DNA of 64,000 nucleotides from Oopsacas minuta. Lineage: Eukaryota; Animalia; Porifera. Below the pieces are notes generated by a model. The model was not told where the DNA came from and ran no database searches. It worked only from the letters and a program-made list of their open reading frames with translations. The DNA lies in NCBI GenBank assembly GCA_024704765.1, contig JAKMXF010000319.1:301464-365463 (forward strand), in the 5' to 3' direction. The translations under genes and the position numbers were made by a program. Of the stretch, positions 1-11,309 are shown one piece after another (positions within the stretch are counted from its first letter, which is position 1; every line of letters starts with the position of its first letter).

Positions 1-94
1 AAACAGAGACGTAGAATTAGATTTTTAGTATTTTAAATGTCTAACAAGATTAGTAAATTTCAATTTTATCTTTCTTTGATAAAATGATTATTTG

Positions 95-779
95 GACCAT
101 ATACAATACTATACTTGTTTATCATCCCCGCCCGACCCATTTCATCTCCCTCCTCGGCAATTTTTATTTTAATACATATCTTTATTTAATACTTATATTC
201 GCAAATGAGCATCTTCGAAACAAGCTAATTATTTAACACTAGCGCCCTTCGCTTGCTAGGCCGCTGAGCAGTGTGCCTAATCAGGTAATTTTTCGAAGAT
301 CCAAAAAGGTGGCAATGGCATCATAATTTCGTCAGGCATGAATTTTCGTCCAAGACTCAAACCTGTCCGAGTCAGGCCCAAATACCCCTCCCTGTATGGC
401 AAAAATCAGCCCTGGGGTGTGCACTACATTTTTATTATTATTATTTTTTATCATTATTCTTATATAGAATTATAGATTAATCGCATTTGAATAATATTGA
501 TTATTGTAGTATAACCACAATAAGCATAACGTAACAAAACGTTGGTAATTCTTAATAATTTGGTTAAACACAGTGTATTTTACTGATTGTTTTTTCTGCG
601 TATAATTATAAGCTATCTCACCTACCCTACTTGAGAGTTCCAGTTTTTTCAATTTTACTCTTCTAAATTTCATAGATACATATTAGTGAAATTATGCTAA
701 GCAAAAATTAAAAATAAGATGCCGCCCCTATTTCGCAGAAAAAAAGGGATGAGAAACAAGTAATTTGTTTTATATGGCC
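95..779. mobile_element. PIF/Harbinger-like MITE (about 685 bp) in the upstream module of copy 1
   Basis: Imperfect TIRs G(A)CCATATAC...TACTTGTTTATCATCCC / GGGATGAGAAACAAGTA...TATATGGCC; flanks TTG/TTA. Empty site (ATATTTAATAGAATAGC) is visible upstream of copies 3 and 4. Confidence 0.7.
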
Positions 780-782
780 TTA

Positions 783-1012
783 GTAGAATAGCAAACTTTC
801 AATAATCCACTAAAGTTAATTTGGTGAAATTAAGCCTGAACAGACGGAGATTTTAGATTTTATTAGAAATATCTCTTTTGTGTAAATTTGATATTCCTTA
901 CAGGAAGATGGTTATTATATATTAGGCATTATTTGTATGTTTATACATTACTCAAATTACAACTAAATATTTGTAGATATTATTCAGAATTATCAAATTG
1001 AACAGACAAGAA
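783..1012 (+). promoter_or_regulatory. About 230-bp proximal upstream core shared by all five NHL copies (putative promoter / 5' UTR with possible intron)
   Basis: TAGAATAGCAAACTTT...CAGACAAAGAAATG is near-identical before each ATG (about 6457, 11173 split by the mariner, 19493, 25298). It contains TTACAG and TTTGTAG acceptor-like motifs. The regulatory role is inferred. Confidence 0.6.
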
Positions 1013-2278
1013 ATGGCTAGCGTAGAAGTGAAAAGAAAGTTTATCGAACAATTAAAAGAGAGTAGAAGTAAGATTAGAGACTGCTTCAAGAAGTCACATG
1101 AAGCTCTACAATTCAGAGAGAGTATCCTCCTCTCTCGTATTGATGAAATCGAGAAAGAGTATAATATCAAAAATGAGGAAATGCTGGAATTATTGGAAGC
1201 TTTGAATAAATCAAAATCGTTAATTACAAACACTCTGACTTCTAATAAACTTAAAGCTACTCATCGAGGAATAGAAATACTAATAAATAAACAGATCGAG
1301 GAACTATCAGTCGATACAGACAGAAGTATTGAGTTTGAATGGAACAACCAATTCGAAGCTGACATTGAACAGCTAGGGAGTATTATGCTTAACGGTCAGA
1401 CTAACAAACCTCCCACTCACACCTTCCCTCCTCAAGTGAAGCCTGTTGTACCTGACTACAAGGCTAAACAGCTGCCTACTGCTTACTGCTGTAATAAATC
1501 TACAGACAAGAAAGCTCCAGGAGGACTGAATTGTCCCACAGGTATAGCAATACATTACCAAACTGGAAATATTTACATAGTGGATTGTAGCAACCATCGT
1601 GTGGAAGTATTTAGCAATAATGGACACTATCTCTTCATGTTCAGTGAGACGATGAACCGACCATTTGGTATCTGTATATCTCAGAATAAAGTGTTTGTTA
1701 CACAATGGAGTGGTAATTGCATTAATAAGTACGAGCTAGAAGGGAAACTAATCAAGAGTGTTGGTAGTCAAGGGAATGGAGAAGCTCAGTTCAACAATCC
1801 ATGCGGTCTGGATGTCTCTGATAGAAGTAGCAATGTGTATGTTTGTGATTGTTATAATGACAGAGTTCAAATCTTAACTCAAGAACTCAAGTTCCATTCC
1901 ATGCTAGGAATAGACTTGTTTAAGGCTCCACGTGACGTTAAGGTTGCAAGAGATAGGGTATTGGTGCTAGATGCGAGTGATCTGTGTATGTTTGTGTTCA
2001 ATTCAGAACATGTTCTAACTAACAGACTGATAACTAGAGGTGGTGGCAAACAAACAATCAATCCATTATGTTTCGACATAGACAGAGACTATAACATCAT
2101 CATGAGTGACTACGATAATCACTGTGTGTACGTATTTAATCAGGAGGGAGAACAGATACACAAGTTTGGGAAGGAAGGTCAGGGTATCGGGGAGTTCTAT
2201 CGTCCCTGGGGAATAGCATTAGACAACACAGGACACATAGTTGTGTGTCAGAAGAATAATTGTCTCCAATTCTTCTAA
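1013..2278 (+). CDS. Coiled-coil + 6-blade NHL-repeat protein, array copy 1 (421 aa; TRIM-NHL-like, no RING/B-box seen)
   Basis: Intact ORF; ATG at 1013 in the same AGAAATGGCTAGC context as the other copies (the track's 998 start is TTG). Heptad-rich N-terminus, then six NHL blades (L/F-x-x-P-x-G-I/L...D-x-x-N-x-R-V/C). Confidence 0.9.
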   Translation: MASVEVKRKFIEQLKESRSKIRDCFKKSHEALQFRESILLSRIDEIEKEYNIKNEEMLELLEALNKSKSLITNTLTSNKLKATHRGIEILINKQIEELSVDTDRSIEFEWNNQFEADIEQLGSIMLNGQTNKPPTHTFPPQVKPVVPDYKAKQLPTAYCCNKSTDKKAPGGLNCPTGIAIHYQTGNIYIVDCSNHRVEVFSNNGHYLFMFSETMNRPFGICISQNKVFVTQWSGNCINKYELEGKLIKSVGSQGNGEAQFNNPCGLDVSDRSSNVYVCDCYNDRVQILTQELKFHSMLGIDLFKAPRDVKVARDRVLVLDASDLCMFVFNSEHVLTNRLITRGGGKQTINPLCFDIDRDYNIIMSDYDNHCVYVFNQEGEQIHKFGKEGQGIGEFYRPWGIALDNTGHIVVCQKNNCLQFF

Positions 2279-2838
2279 CTGCCTGAAGAATTCTTTATAA
2301 TTTGTACTAATTAGTGAAATAGTTTATTGTTTATAATTTTGTTTACTTTATTGATAATGATTATTTCCAGTTTTGTAGAGTTTATCTTATCTAAAGTGAA
2401 AGTTAATTGTGTTAAGGAAAAATGACATAAAAATAGGTTAAGATTGTCGGTAGAGGTTCTAATTTTAGATTTTTGGGTTTAAAACATTCTTTAGTTTGGC
2501 ATTGGCTATGGTTTTGGTATTTCTTCAATTTCCTATTCATTTACTTGTCTATCTAGTATCTAACTAGGAGAAATTGGAGTTTGTATTTCTTTCAATTACA
2601 CACAATTGATGGAATTACACACTCCCTCCCTATGAGGCTATGACACGCATTTGTAATACAAACATGATACTTTGATTAGTACCCCCTTGGATTCAAGACA
2701 TTATCAAATGTTTTCATAATACGTAGTATCTGATTGCTGTAGAACTCGTATAAGACGCACCTCCTTAGGAATACCAGTTTAGTTGTTACTATCCAAGTTG
2801 TACTCCATTTAGTTATTTCCCTCCTCCAGCTCAAGGGA

Positions 2839-3250
2839 CAGTGAAACCTCTGGAATCGTGGCATGTGGGATACTGTGAAAATTTCTGACCACCCGATTGT
2901 GGAATTTCCACGATTGTGGATTTCAGTGTGGTATTGTGTCAAAATGACCATTTTCCGTATACATGTAGTTCATATTATGTCATACTATTGTTTCGTTAAA
3001 ATATTTCATTCTGCTACATATTGCTTATCCTGAATACCACGTCATCACTGCAAGGGCTGCCACCTAGGCTCTCCTCGACCTGGAGATATTCTTTCGGGTT
3101 CAGGATAAGCACGTCGACGCTGAGTGGTGCGCAGTACACGCTGACGAGGTCAGAAAGGTTGCAGAAAAGCTTCAGACGCAGACAATGATTAGCTAATTCT
3201 TCTCGCAATGTTAGTGTGGGTTCTGTGTAGCACATGGTTCCCCTCAGACG
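2839..3250. mobile_element. Truncated pogo/Tigger-like non-autonomous element in the NHL 3' flank (copy 1)
   Basis: Starts CAGTGAAACCTCTG; homologous to the complete copies at 21544 and 27138; right end replaced by unrelated DNA. Confidence 0.6.
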
Positions 3251-3484
3251 CGTAATGTTAGAGGGTACATTCAATCATTAGGACGTAACCCCTTTATTAT
3301 TCATTTATATACTGAAGACCAAATTAAAATATTAAAATGTTTTAAAGATAAAAGCATAATTCTTCACTTAGATGCTACTGACTCAATCATTCGAAAGATT
3401 GAACCTTCTCAGCACAAAGTATTTTAATGTGCTCTCACAGTACAACATCCAACTTGTTCTACCAGTCCCGTACCTCTGGCAGAG

Positions 3485-5290
3485 ATGATCAGTTCTGGTC
3501 ATACTAGCACTGAGATTAGTTATTTTCTACACGAATGGTATCTTGATGCAAAGAAAGTATTAGATTATAATATTAAGATAGGACATATTGAGATAGTTTT
3601 CAGCTGGGCGTTAATTCATAGTGTGTGTAATGCTTTTCTTAAATGTGACATCGATACATATCTTGATAAATGTTGGAATAGAGTGGATACAAATTCTGTC
3701 AATCAGGAACTAGAATTAAAATTGATTCTCCATTTATGTTCTGCCCATATAAGGCATGGCATTGGCTTTCACATTAATAGGAAATTTAAGTTAAATAAAG
3801 AAGTGAGAAAGTTGTTTTCGTATTCCTTTGGATATCTGGTGCGTTTTACTAATATTACTCAAATAAGTTATGTGTTTACTTCCTTGTGTTATGTGTTTAA
3901 GAGTAAATATATGAATGAACATGTATTAACCGATATTAAAACATTAGAGTATTATATTAGTGACAGTTATTCTGATTTAGATGATACAAATGAAAGTTTA
4001 TACGATGAGGGTAGTGATAATGATCCCATCGATATTAAGGATGGTAAGACCCTAAGAGACAGATCTCCCTTTGGCAAAACATTTTGCATATATAAGTAAA
4101 CAATGTGAAAATGCTATCAACAATGATCACACCAAAGCATTTGATTCGAATCCTTGCTATTATCCTCGCCTTATAGAATATATTTTAACTTACTACTTAC
4201 CTATTCTGCCATTATTGAGTGGTATTATATTAGGCCCCCACAGTGTTTCAGTTGGAAATAATTATTCGTATTATAGTAACGCCATTGTAGAGAACTGTAT
4301 GGGTATAGTTAAATTAGATATTTTGAATTCGAAATCAAATTTGAGGCCTGGAGATTCATTAGAGTATTATATCCCGGTATAACTAGTAGAATTACCGCTT
4401 TCAATTTTGCTTTTCATCCCAGAGCTAATAAAATTTTAAAGGTCGTAAGCGAATAAGAGATATTTCAGGAGAAAAATATAGTGAAGAATGCTCCAGGAGA
4501 AAGAAACAGCATTGTGGCTATTTGAAGTCGAAAACATATGAATTTCCTCAATTGAATAGAGATAAACTGTAGTAAAAGATAAATTAATTCCTATTAAGCG
4601 TCAGAAGTTGTCTACGTTACATATGATTTGCAAATCATCAGAAATTAATACTCCGTCAATTATTACTGATGAAGAATTGGTAGAGTCAAGTATAATACGA
4701 TATATTATACCAAGCCTTCGTCCACCACACATTGAATGGCAAATCGCTACCTGTAAGAAATGGAAACTACATTATAGTAATCAGATTGTCTATTCTTTAG
4801 ATAATTTAATTGATAATGGTGAAGGATTATATGTATATAATCCCGGAATAACAGAAACAACATCAGGTGATGGAAACTGTTATTTTCTACTATTTCTTAT
4901 CCGACAACAGGTAGTAAAACCTATATCATAAAGAATTACGGGCAATTATCGTTGAAAGCATGTTTGGTAAATTAAGTGCGAGTTGTAATGCGTTTTTTGC
5001 GTACTAATTATGTTTACTCAAGGGAATTTTAGGAATATTCAGGATTGGGTAAATAAAATGGGGATGAATAAGGTTGGGAAATGGGCTACTGACTTAAAGG
5101 TATTTGCAGCTTCGTTGTTATTTAATATAGATATTTGGGTGTTTTTGGGCCCTACTGGAACTCGTTGGGCTGGGTTTTCGGGTAATGGATCAAGTTTTGA
5201 TCAATTATTAAAGGAGCCAACTTCAAATGGTTTATATATTCAGAATTTATGTAATCATTACCAGCCCGTACTATCTCTAATTTATTATTT
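3485..5290 (+). mobile_element. Degenerate NOF-FB-like (Mutator-superfamily) transposase followed by an OTU-like cysteine protease domain
   Basis: FSWALIHSV, LHLCSAHI, YLPILPLLSGII, NAIVENCMGIVKLDIL..LRPG resemble NOF-like MULE transposases (recognised from memory). Downstream GDGNCYF..ISY..TGS..HKELRAII, WATDL..FAAS and NHYQPV are OTU-fold motifs. Several frameshifts/stops. Confidence 0.6.
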
Positions 5291-5639
5291 AAAGCAACCC
5301 AATCGTTGGTTTCAATTTATGGCAGCGAAAATTATATATTTACCAACAAGATTATTAGTGAAACAATAAATATTTTGTATAAATGAATCTTGAATATTTT
5401 GTGAAATCTCATCTAAATATGTAAAATTGATTGCGTCAAAATCACAAATGTAAGTATATACGTATATGTATCGACAGTTGGATTATATGGAACAATTTTA
5501 TGACCTTTTCTCTAACCAAGGTACGTTTCTGAATCGGCTGCTAAGATAACACTCGTCCCACTGTATAACTATTTATGGACAACAATTTGATGTATTTGAA
5601 AATGTTCACCTCCAATTGGCGTCTTTTCATGGAGCGGAT

Positions 5640-5865
5640 ATTTCCTGTAATATGGTACTTCACCATAGTTCAAGAAATCAGCTATTTCATGTTCTATAGA
5701 AAGAAGAACAAGGCTTTCAAGCCTTTCTTGACGCATAGTTGATTTTAGTTATGTTTTATCATCTTTAACTTACTGAGGCTTATTTCTACACCAGCAGTAG
5801 CTACTGGAAGAGTGATAGAGATTGTTAAGAGTATAGACTATTTGGGAATGCTTTTCTAAAGAATG
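5640..5865 (-). mobile_element. hAT transposase C-terminal dimerisation-domain remnant
   Basis: Manual minus-strand translation: FPN..TLPVATAGVEISLSKLKMIK..LKSTMRQERLESLVLLSIEHEI, with frameshifts. Confidence 0.7.
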
Positions 5866-6237
5866 AATCGTACATTACTTCTTATCGGTAGAATCAGCAG
5901 AATATTGCCAAGAATCATCTACAATCGAACTTGTCTATACCGGCCACTAAAGGGACTTTGCCAAAGAGGCCGATATAGACAAGTTTAGCGCCAGTAAAGG
6001 ACTCTGAGTTGTGTATTTTGTCTGCTCTGAGGTTGAGTCTGGTGCAATTTGAACTCAAATACACGTAATCATAGGCGTACGGGCAGTTGTATTCTTGGAG
6101 GAGGGGAGGGCTGCGAAATGAGATTGCTCGAATTTCGACATACTATAATTGTCCGATATTAACGATACATTTTGCCCGAAATCAATACTAGATTTGTCTT
6201 TTTCCAGTAATAGCAGATTAATTAACTAATCTAATTT

Positions 6238-6456
6238 GTGATACCGGTTAACATAAAGGAAAGAAATATACATCAAATGAATTTTGGACCTGAAGAATAA
6301 AGAATAATAAATAATTCAATAATTTGATAAGATAATCCATTATTCTTTAACCTGAATTAGTTAACTTGGTCTTAAAGTTAAAACTGTACAATAGTATATT
6401 ACAGAAAATAGGAATGTACTATAGTACAGTTAAGCTAAATATAAGTTATCTCTTAA
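6238..6456 (+). repeat. Type-B distal upstream module shared by copies 2 and 5 (matches about 25079-25297)
   Basis: TGTGATACCGGTTAACATAAA...GTTATCTCTTAA is near-identical at both sites and absent upstream of copies 1, 3 and 4. Confidence 0.85.
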
Positions 6457-6687
6457 TAGAATAGCAAACTTTAAATAATCCACTAAAGTTAATTTGGTGA
6501 AATTAAGCCTGAACAGACGGAGATTTTAGATTTTATTAGAAATATCTCTTTTGTGTAAATTTGATATTCCTTACAGGAAGATGGTTATTATATATTAGGC
6601 ATTATTTGTATGTTTATACATTTAATCAAATTACAACTAAATATTTGTAGATATTATTCAGAATTATCAAATTGAACAGACAAAGAA

Positions 6688-7959
6688 ATGGCTAGCGTAG
6701 AAGTGAAAAGAAACTTTATCGAACAAGTAAAAGAGAGTAGAAGTAAGATTAGAGACTGCTTCAAGAAGTCACATGAAGCTCTACAACTCAGAGAGAGTAT
6801 CCTCCTCTCTCGTATTGATGAAATCGAGAAAGAGTATAATATCAAAAATGAAGAAATGCAGGAGTTATTGGAAGCTTTGAATAAATCAAAATCGTTAATT
6901 ACAGACACTCTGACTTCTAATAAACTTAAAGCCACTCATCGAGGACTAGAATCACTAATAAATAAACAACTCGAGGAACTATCAGCTGATACAGACAATA
7001 GCATTGAGTTTGAATGGAACAACCAATTCGAAGCTGACATAGAACAGCTAGGGAGTATTATGCTTAACAGTGAGACTAACCTATCTCTCAACCCCACCTT
7101 CCCTCCTCAAGTAAAGCCTGTTGTACCTAACTACAAGGCTAAACAGCTACCTACTGCTTACTACTGTAAGAAATCTACAGACAAGAAAGCTCCAGGAGGA
7201 CTGAATTATCCTAGAGGTATAGCAATACATTACCAGACTGGAAAAATTTACATAGCGGATTTTGGCAACAATCGTGTGCAAGTATTTAGCAGTAACGGAG
7301 ACTATTTCTTCATGTTCAGTGGGAAGATGAACAACCCATGGGGTATCTGTATATCTCAGAATAAAGTGTTTGTTACACAATATAGTGGTAATTGTATTAA
7401 TAAGTACGAGCTAGAAGGGAAACTAATCAAGAGTGTTGGTAGTAAAGGGAATGGAGGAGTTCAGTTCTACTATCCACAGGGGATAGATGTCTCTGATAGA
7501 AATAGCAATGTGTATGTATGTGATTGTTATAATGACAGAGTTCAAATCTTAACTCAAGAACTCAAGTTCCATTCCATGCTAGGAATAGGCTTGTTTAAGT
7601 ATCCACGTGATGTTAAGGTTACAAGAGACAGAGTATTAGTGTTAGATGGGAGTGATCCGTGTGTGTTTGTGTTCACTTCAGATCACTTTCTAACCAACAA
7701 ACTGATAACTAGAGGTGGTGGCAAACAAACAAACATTCCATACTGTTTTGACATAGACAGATACTATAACATCATTATGAGTGACTACTATAATCACTGT
7801 GTATACGTATTCAATCAGGAGGGAGAACAGATACACAAGTTTGGGAAGCAAGGTCAGGGTATCGGGGAGTTCTATTGTCCATATGGAATAGCATTAGACA
7901 ACACAGGACACATTATAGTTGTGTGTGAGAAGAATACTAATTGTCTCCAATTTTTCTAA
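6688..7959 (+). CDS. Coiled-coil + NHL-repeat protein, array copy 2 (423 aa)
   Basis: Intact ORF colinear with copy 1; six NHL blades. Confidence 0.9.
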   Translation: MASVEVKRNFIEQVKESRSKIRDCFKKSHEALQLRESILLSRIDEIEKEYNIKNEEMQELLEALNKSKSLITDTLTSNKLKATHRGLESLINKQLEELSADTDNSIEFEWNNQFEADIEQLGSIMLNSETNLSLNPTFPPQVKPVVPNYKAKQLPTAYYCKKSTDKKAPGGLNYPRGIAIHYQTGKIYIADFGNNRVQVFSSNGDYFFMFSGKMNNPWGICISQNKVFVTQYSGNCINKYELEGKLIKSVGSKGNGGVQFYYPQGIDVSDRNSNVYVCDCYNDRVQILTQELKFHSMLGIGLFKYPRDVKVTRDRVLVLDGSDPCVFVFTSDHFLTNKLITRGGGKQTNIPYCFDIDRYYNIIMSDYYNHCVYVFNQEGEQIHKFGKQGQGIGEFYCPYGIALDNTGHIIVVCEKNTNCLQFF

Positions 7960-8159
7960 CTGACTGAAGAATTCTTTATAATTTGTACTAATTAGCGAAA
8001 TATTTTATTGTTCATTATTTTGTTTACTTTATTGATAATGATTATTTCCAGTTTTGTAGGGTTTATCTTATCTAAACCGATAGTTAATTGTGTTAAGGAA
8101 AAATGACATAAAAATAGGTTAAGACTTGATAATTCATATTTTATTTATTTATATTACAG

Positions 8160-10690
8160 TTTGGCTACTCAAGTAGAGACATTACATAAAGAACCATTAT
8201 CATCAGATGAGAACAAACAAACTGATATCACTGCTGGAGAACAGCTGACTTCTAATCCAATTCATCCACTGCAGATGAATGGACTCTATGGTTCTTCCAG
8301 CAAGACTCTACCAAAGACTGTGGAGATTGTTTTCAAAAAATTATTTCATTTACTACTATTTTAGGTTTTTGGTCTTGTTTCAGGTAATATTACGTTCTTT
8401 TACTTTTATACTTAGCACTCCTGTCCTATACCAATTTCAAACTTCCTGTAGACCCCCTGCTGTCGTTCGTGGACGACCGAGGGATCCATTGCCCCCTGGT
8501 TACAAGATCCACTAAGATACAATATGGGGAAACGGACATTTGGTTCTTGAAATTTGGTTCCCTGGACATTTTGTTCCCTGGACTTTTGGTTCCCGGACAT
8601 TTCGTTGCCAATTACGTATCCAATATTCAAGATTTTTATTAAAAGTAATGATAGAATTTGTTAATTTAAGTTCTTATAATTTGTATTTTAAGACAAGGCG
8701 TGAAGTATTAATGTAAAATATGTGTAATGTTCATATTAGAAATCAAAGTTGTGCGCCATTCCTCTTAGATATGTTAGAATCTCTCTATTCTCGTAGTCTT
8801 TAACTAGTCTCAGGATTCTGAGATTTCTAGATTCACTGTGCTTTGAGTTCTTGGCACTTCACCAGTCTCCCATCTGACTAGAGTTGCCTCCTTGTAGAGA
8901 TTGCTCACGTTGCAGGTGCATTAAGAGCTTTACAAAACTTGGGTGTGAACAAGTCATATCTGATTTAAAGGCATTATGCTATCTTTCTACTGAATTGTTT
9001 GTTCGGAGTAATCTGGATCTTACTCGTGTAAACATATTCCAAATTCGAATTGGAAAGCGTGGTATTCGTCTACTTTGATCTTCACGTCTCTTCCCGATAT
9101 AATTAACTTCAAAATATTCAGCTACTTCTTTACCTGATTCCGGGAAATTACCCATCAATATTGTGAAGCAATCAATGACTTCAAATTCCGGCACTAAAGC
9201 TAGACTTACTGACATCTTCATTTGTATTGCAAATTCCTCATCTTCGAGATATAGTGTAGCCAACCCTATCGACTGTATTTGACGATGAATGCTCTGCGAC
9301 AGATGAAACAAACAAGCAGATATAACAGCTAAGGAATTTTCTTCTAGAGTATTGATTGAAGCTTTTTCGAAATCTACCATAATGGATGACGGATCTATTT
9401 CAGGTTCGATCTCTTTTAACTTTTTGAGTAGTTCATCATATGTAGATTGAAGCTTGTTTAACATCAGTGCATATATGCATAGAATGATGTATCCATCTTT
9501 CTCGCAATGAATTGTGTATAACTGGAAAATTGAATGGGAACAACTTTGAATGTACCATCTGCATACCAATTACTTGTGTTCCGTAAAAGGTTGAGCATTT
9601 GATGAGTGCCAAATACTAGCAGTCTGTTGGTCTCATGTATGCCTGAATCATATAGCAAGAACTGCTGTCCTTTTGAGGTTACTTTATAGTTTTTAGGGAT
9701 AATAATTTCTGTAGCCGTAGCAGAGTTATCAAAATTCTCACCACTGGATCTGGTGCGACGGATTGTCCGTTTTATTGAATCAAATTTTGGTAGTGCTGCT
9801 ATAGTTGACTCATTCATTGATCCTAATCCACTAGCAAGTATGGACCTGGTGTTGGTTTCAGAATTCAATGCGCGCTCTTTCATTTGAGAGATACCTTTAA
9901 TCATCTCACCTCGCACAGGATTTGGTCCATGGGTGTTAGATGAGTAAATAACAGATCTGCTCTCAGGTTTTATCACAACTCCCTCTTCGGTAGAAACACG
10001 GGCTTTACAAGTTGCACGTTTTTCACAGAGCCAATATAAGTACGGATAACAAGACTTAGTTAGAGTATACAAATAACCATCTATGTAAACCTTTTCTTTG
10101 CCTCTACTTGATTTCAGAATTTCAATCACAACATTTGGAGTGGCCATGGGAATTGTAGAGCATATAAAATTCCATGTACGCCATTTGATACCTTAGAACA
10201 AAATTAATTTGTTCCCAAAAGAACAATAACCTGCCAACAATAGGCTAAGCGTTATAGTAATGACTTTTTATTGAAATCTAATTCTAATGTTAGGAAATCA
10301 ACCCTACAATTGAAAAGGAGGAATCTTCCTTCAAGAAATATCCAGGGAACAAAATGTCCAGGAACGAAATGTCCAGGAACGAAATGTCCAGGGAAAGGAG
10401 ATGTGCACTAATCTACAATATGTTCCATATGCACATTTCAAATTTCAGTATTTAGATTTATAACTGGGGCAAAATAATAATAGTTTTGATCTATAACTTA
10501 TTTTCTAATATTTGTAGATTCTGATTATAAAATTTTGTTTGAAACTATTTCTTTTACGTACATAAAGCCTCCAGACCGTCTCCCTAACAACTGCAACAAT
10601 TCCGTATTCAAGAAAGGAATTTGTCCCATGTGGGAAGACCCAGCAAACTTGCAAGGAGGCCGTTGGCTGATGCAGATAACTCTATTTTGA
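8160..10690 (+). pseudogene. EIF4E: eIF4E pseudogene fragment: two exons (8160-8383, 10558-about 10690), MULE in the intron
   Basis: With a 1-nt frameshift at about 8275: HPLQxEWTLWFFQQDSTKDCGDCFQKIISFTTILGFWSCF(R)|YIKPPDRLPNNCNNSVFKKGICPMWEDPANLQGGRWLM, ungapped against the eIF4E core HPLQ..W.LWFF...W...FW.....I.........DYSLFK.GI.PMWED...GGRWL. Donor GT at 8384; acceptor reads AC at 10556-57; 3' truncated. Confidence 0.85.
8527..10413 (-). mobile_element. Mutator-like element with FLYWCH + MULE transposase (frameshifted; ORFs 9464-10147 and 8979-9569)
   Basis: SSRGK...GYLY...YWLC...CKARV (FLYWCH); WYADGTFK, IMVDFE, CLFHLSQ, RTNNSVE. Subterminal GGACATTTTGTTCCCT-type repeats are inverted at the two ends; 9-bp direct repeat TACAATATG at 8518-8526 and 10414-10422. 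Confidence 0.85.
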
Positions 10691-10879
10691 CACCTTTGAC
10701 ACCTCTGTATTTTATCCCAATCAGATTGTAGGGTTATATAATTATACATAAATATATAAAATTAGTTCTGGTGGAGTGTTTGTAATTTAATTAGCTCTGT
10801 AATGTATTTGTATTGATGTAGACTGTAATTCTATTGGTCAATACATTCTATTAAATATATATATATATATATATATATA

Positions 10880-10978
10880 CATGTTACAGTCAATGTGTAA
10901 AATCAGTCAATTTACAAATTGACTGAAATTTCCAGTCAATTTGTAAATTGACTGATTTTACACATTGACTGTAACATG
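10880..10978. repeat. Perfect 99-bp hairpin (46-bp stem, 7-nt loop) inserted in a (TA)n tract
   Basis: 10880-10925 is the exact reverse complement of 10933-10978. The homologous TA tract at about 31237-31251 is empty. Confidence 0.9.
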
Positions 10979-11309
10979 TATATATACTGATTTATCATAT
11001 GATTAACAATATTTTCACACCTTTTTCTGAACATCTCAAAATTATCCTAGAGATTAGCTTCCACTTGTTAAATAGTGGTAAACAGAGACGTAGAATCAGA
11101 TTTTAGCATTTTAAATGTCTAACAAGATTAGTAAATTTCAATTTTATCTTTCTTTGATAAAATGAATATTTAATAGAATAGCAAACTTTAAATAATCCAC
11201 TAAAGTTAATTTGGTGAAATTAAGCCTGAACAGACGGAGATTTTAGATTTTATTAGAAATATCTCTTTTGTGTAAATTTGATATTCCTTACAGGAAGATC
11301 GTTATTATA

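Noticed and set aside
998-1012. Longer 426-aa start for copy 1
   Set aside because: The start is TTG; the ATG at 1013 matches all paralogs.
2676-3274. Short ORFs repeated in each NHL 3' flank (also 14563-14868, 21435-22343, 27196-27952) as a conserved partner gene
   Set aside because: They lie in the pogo-like element and the frames are not conserved between copies.
8161-8515. 67-aa and 78-aa ORFs as novel microproteins
   Set aside because: Explained by the frameshifted eIF4E exon.
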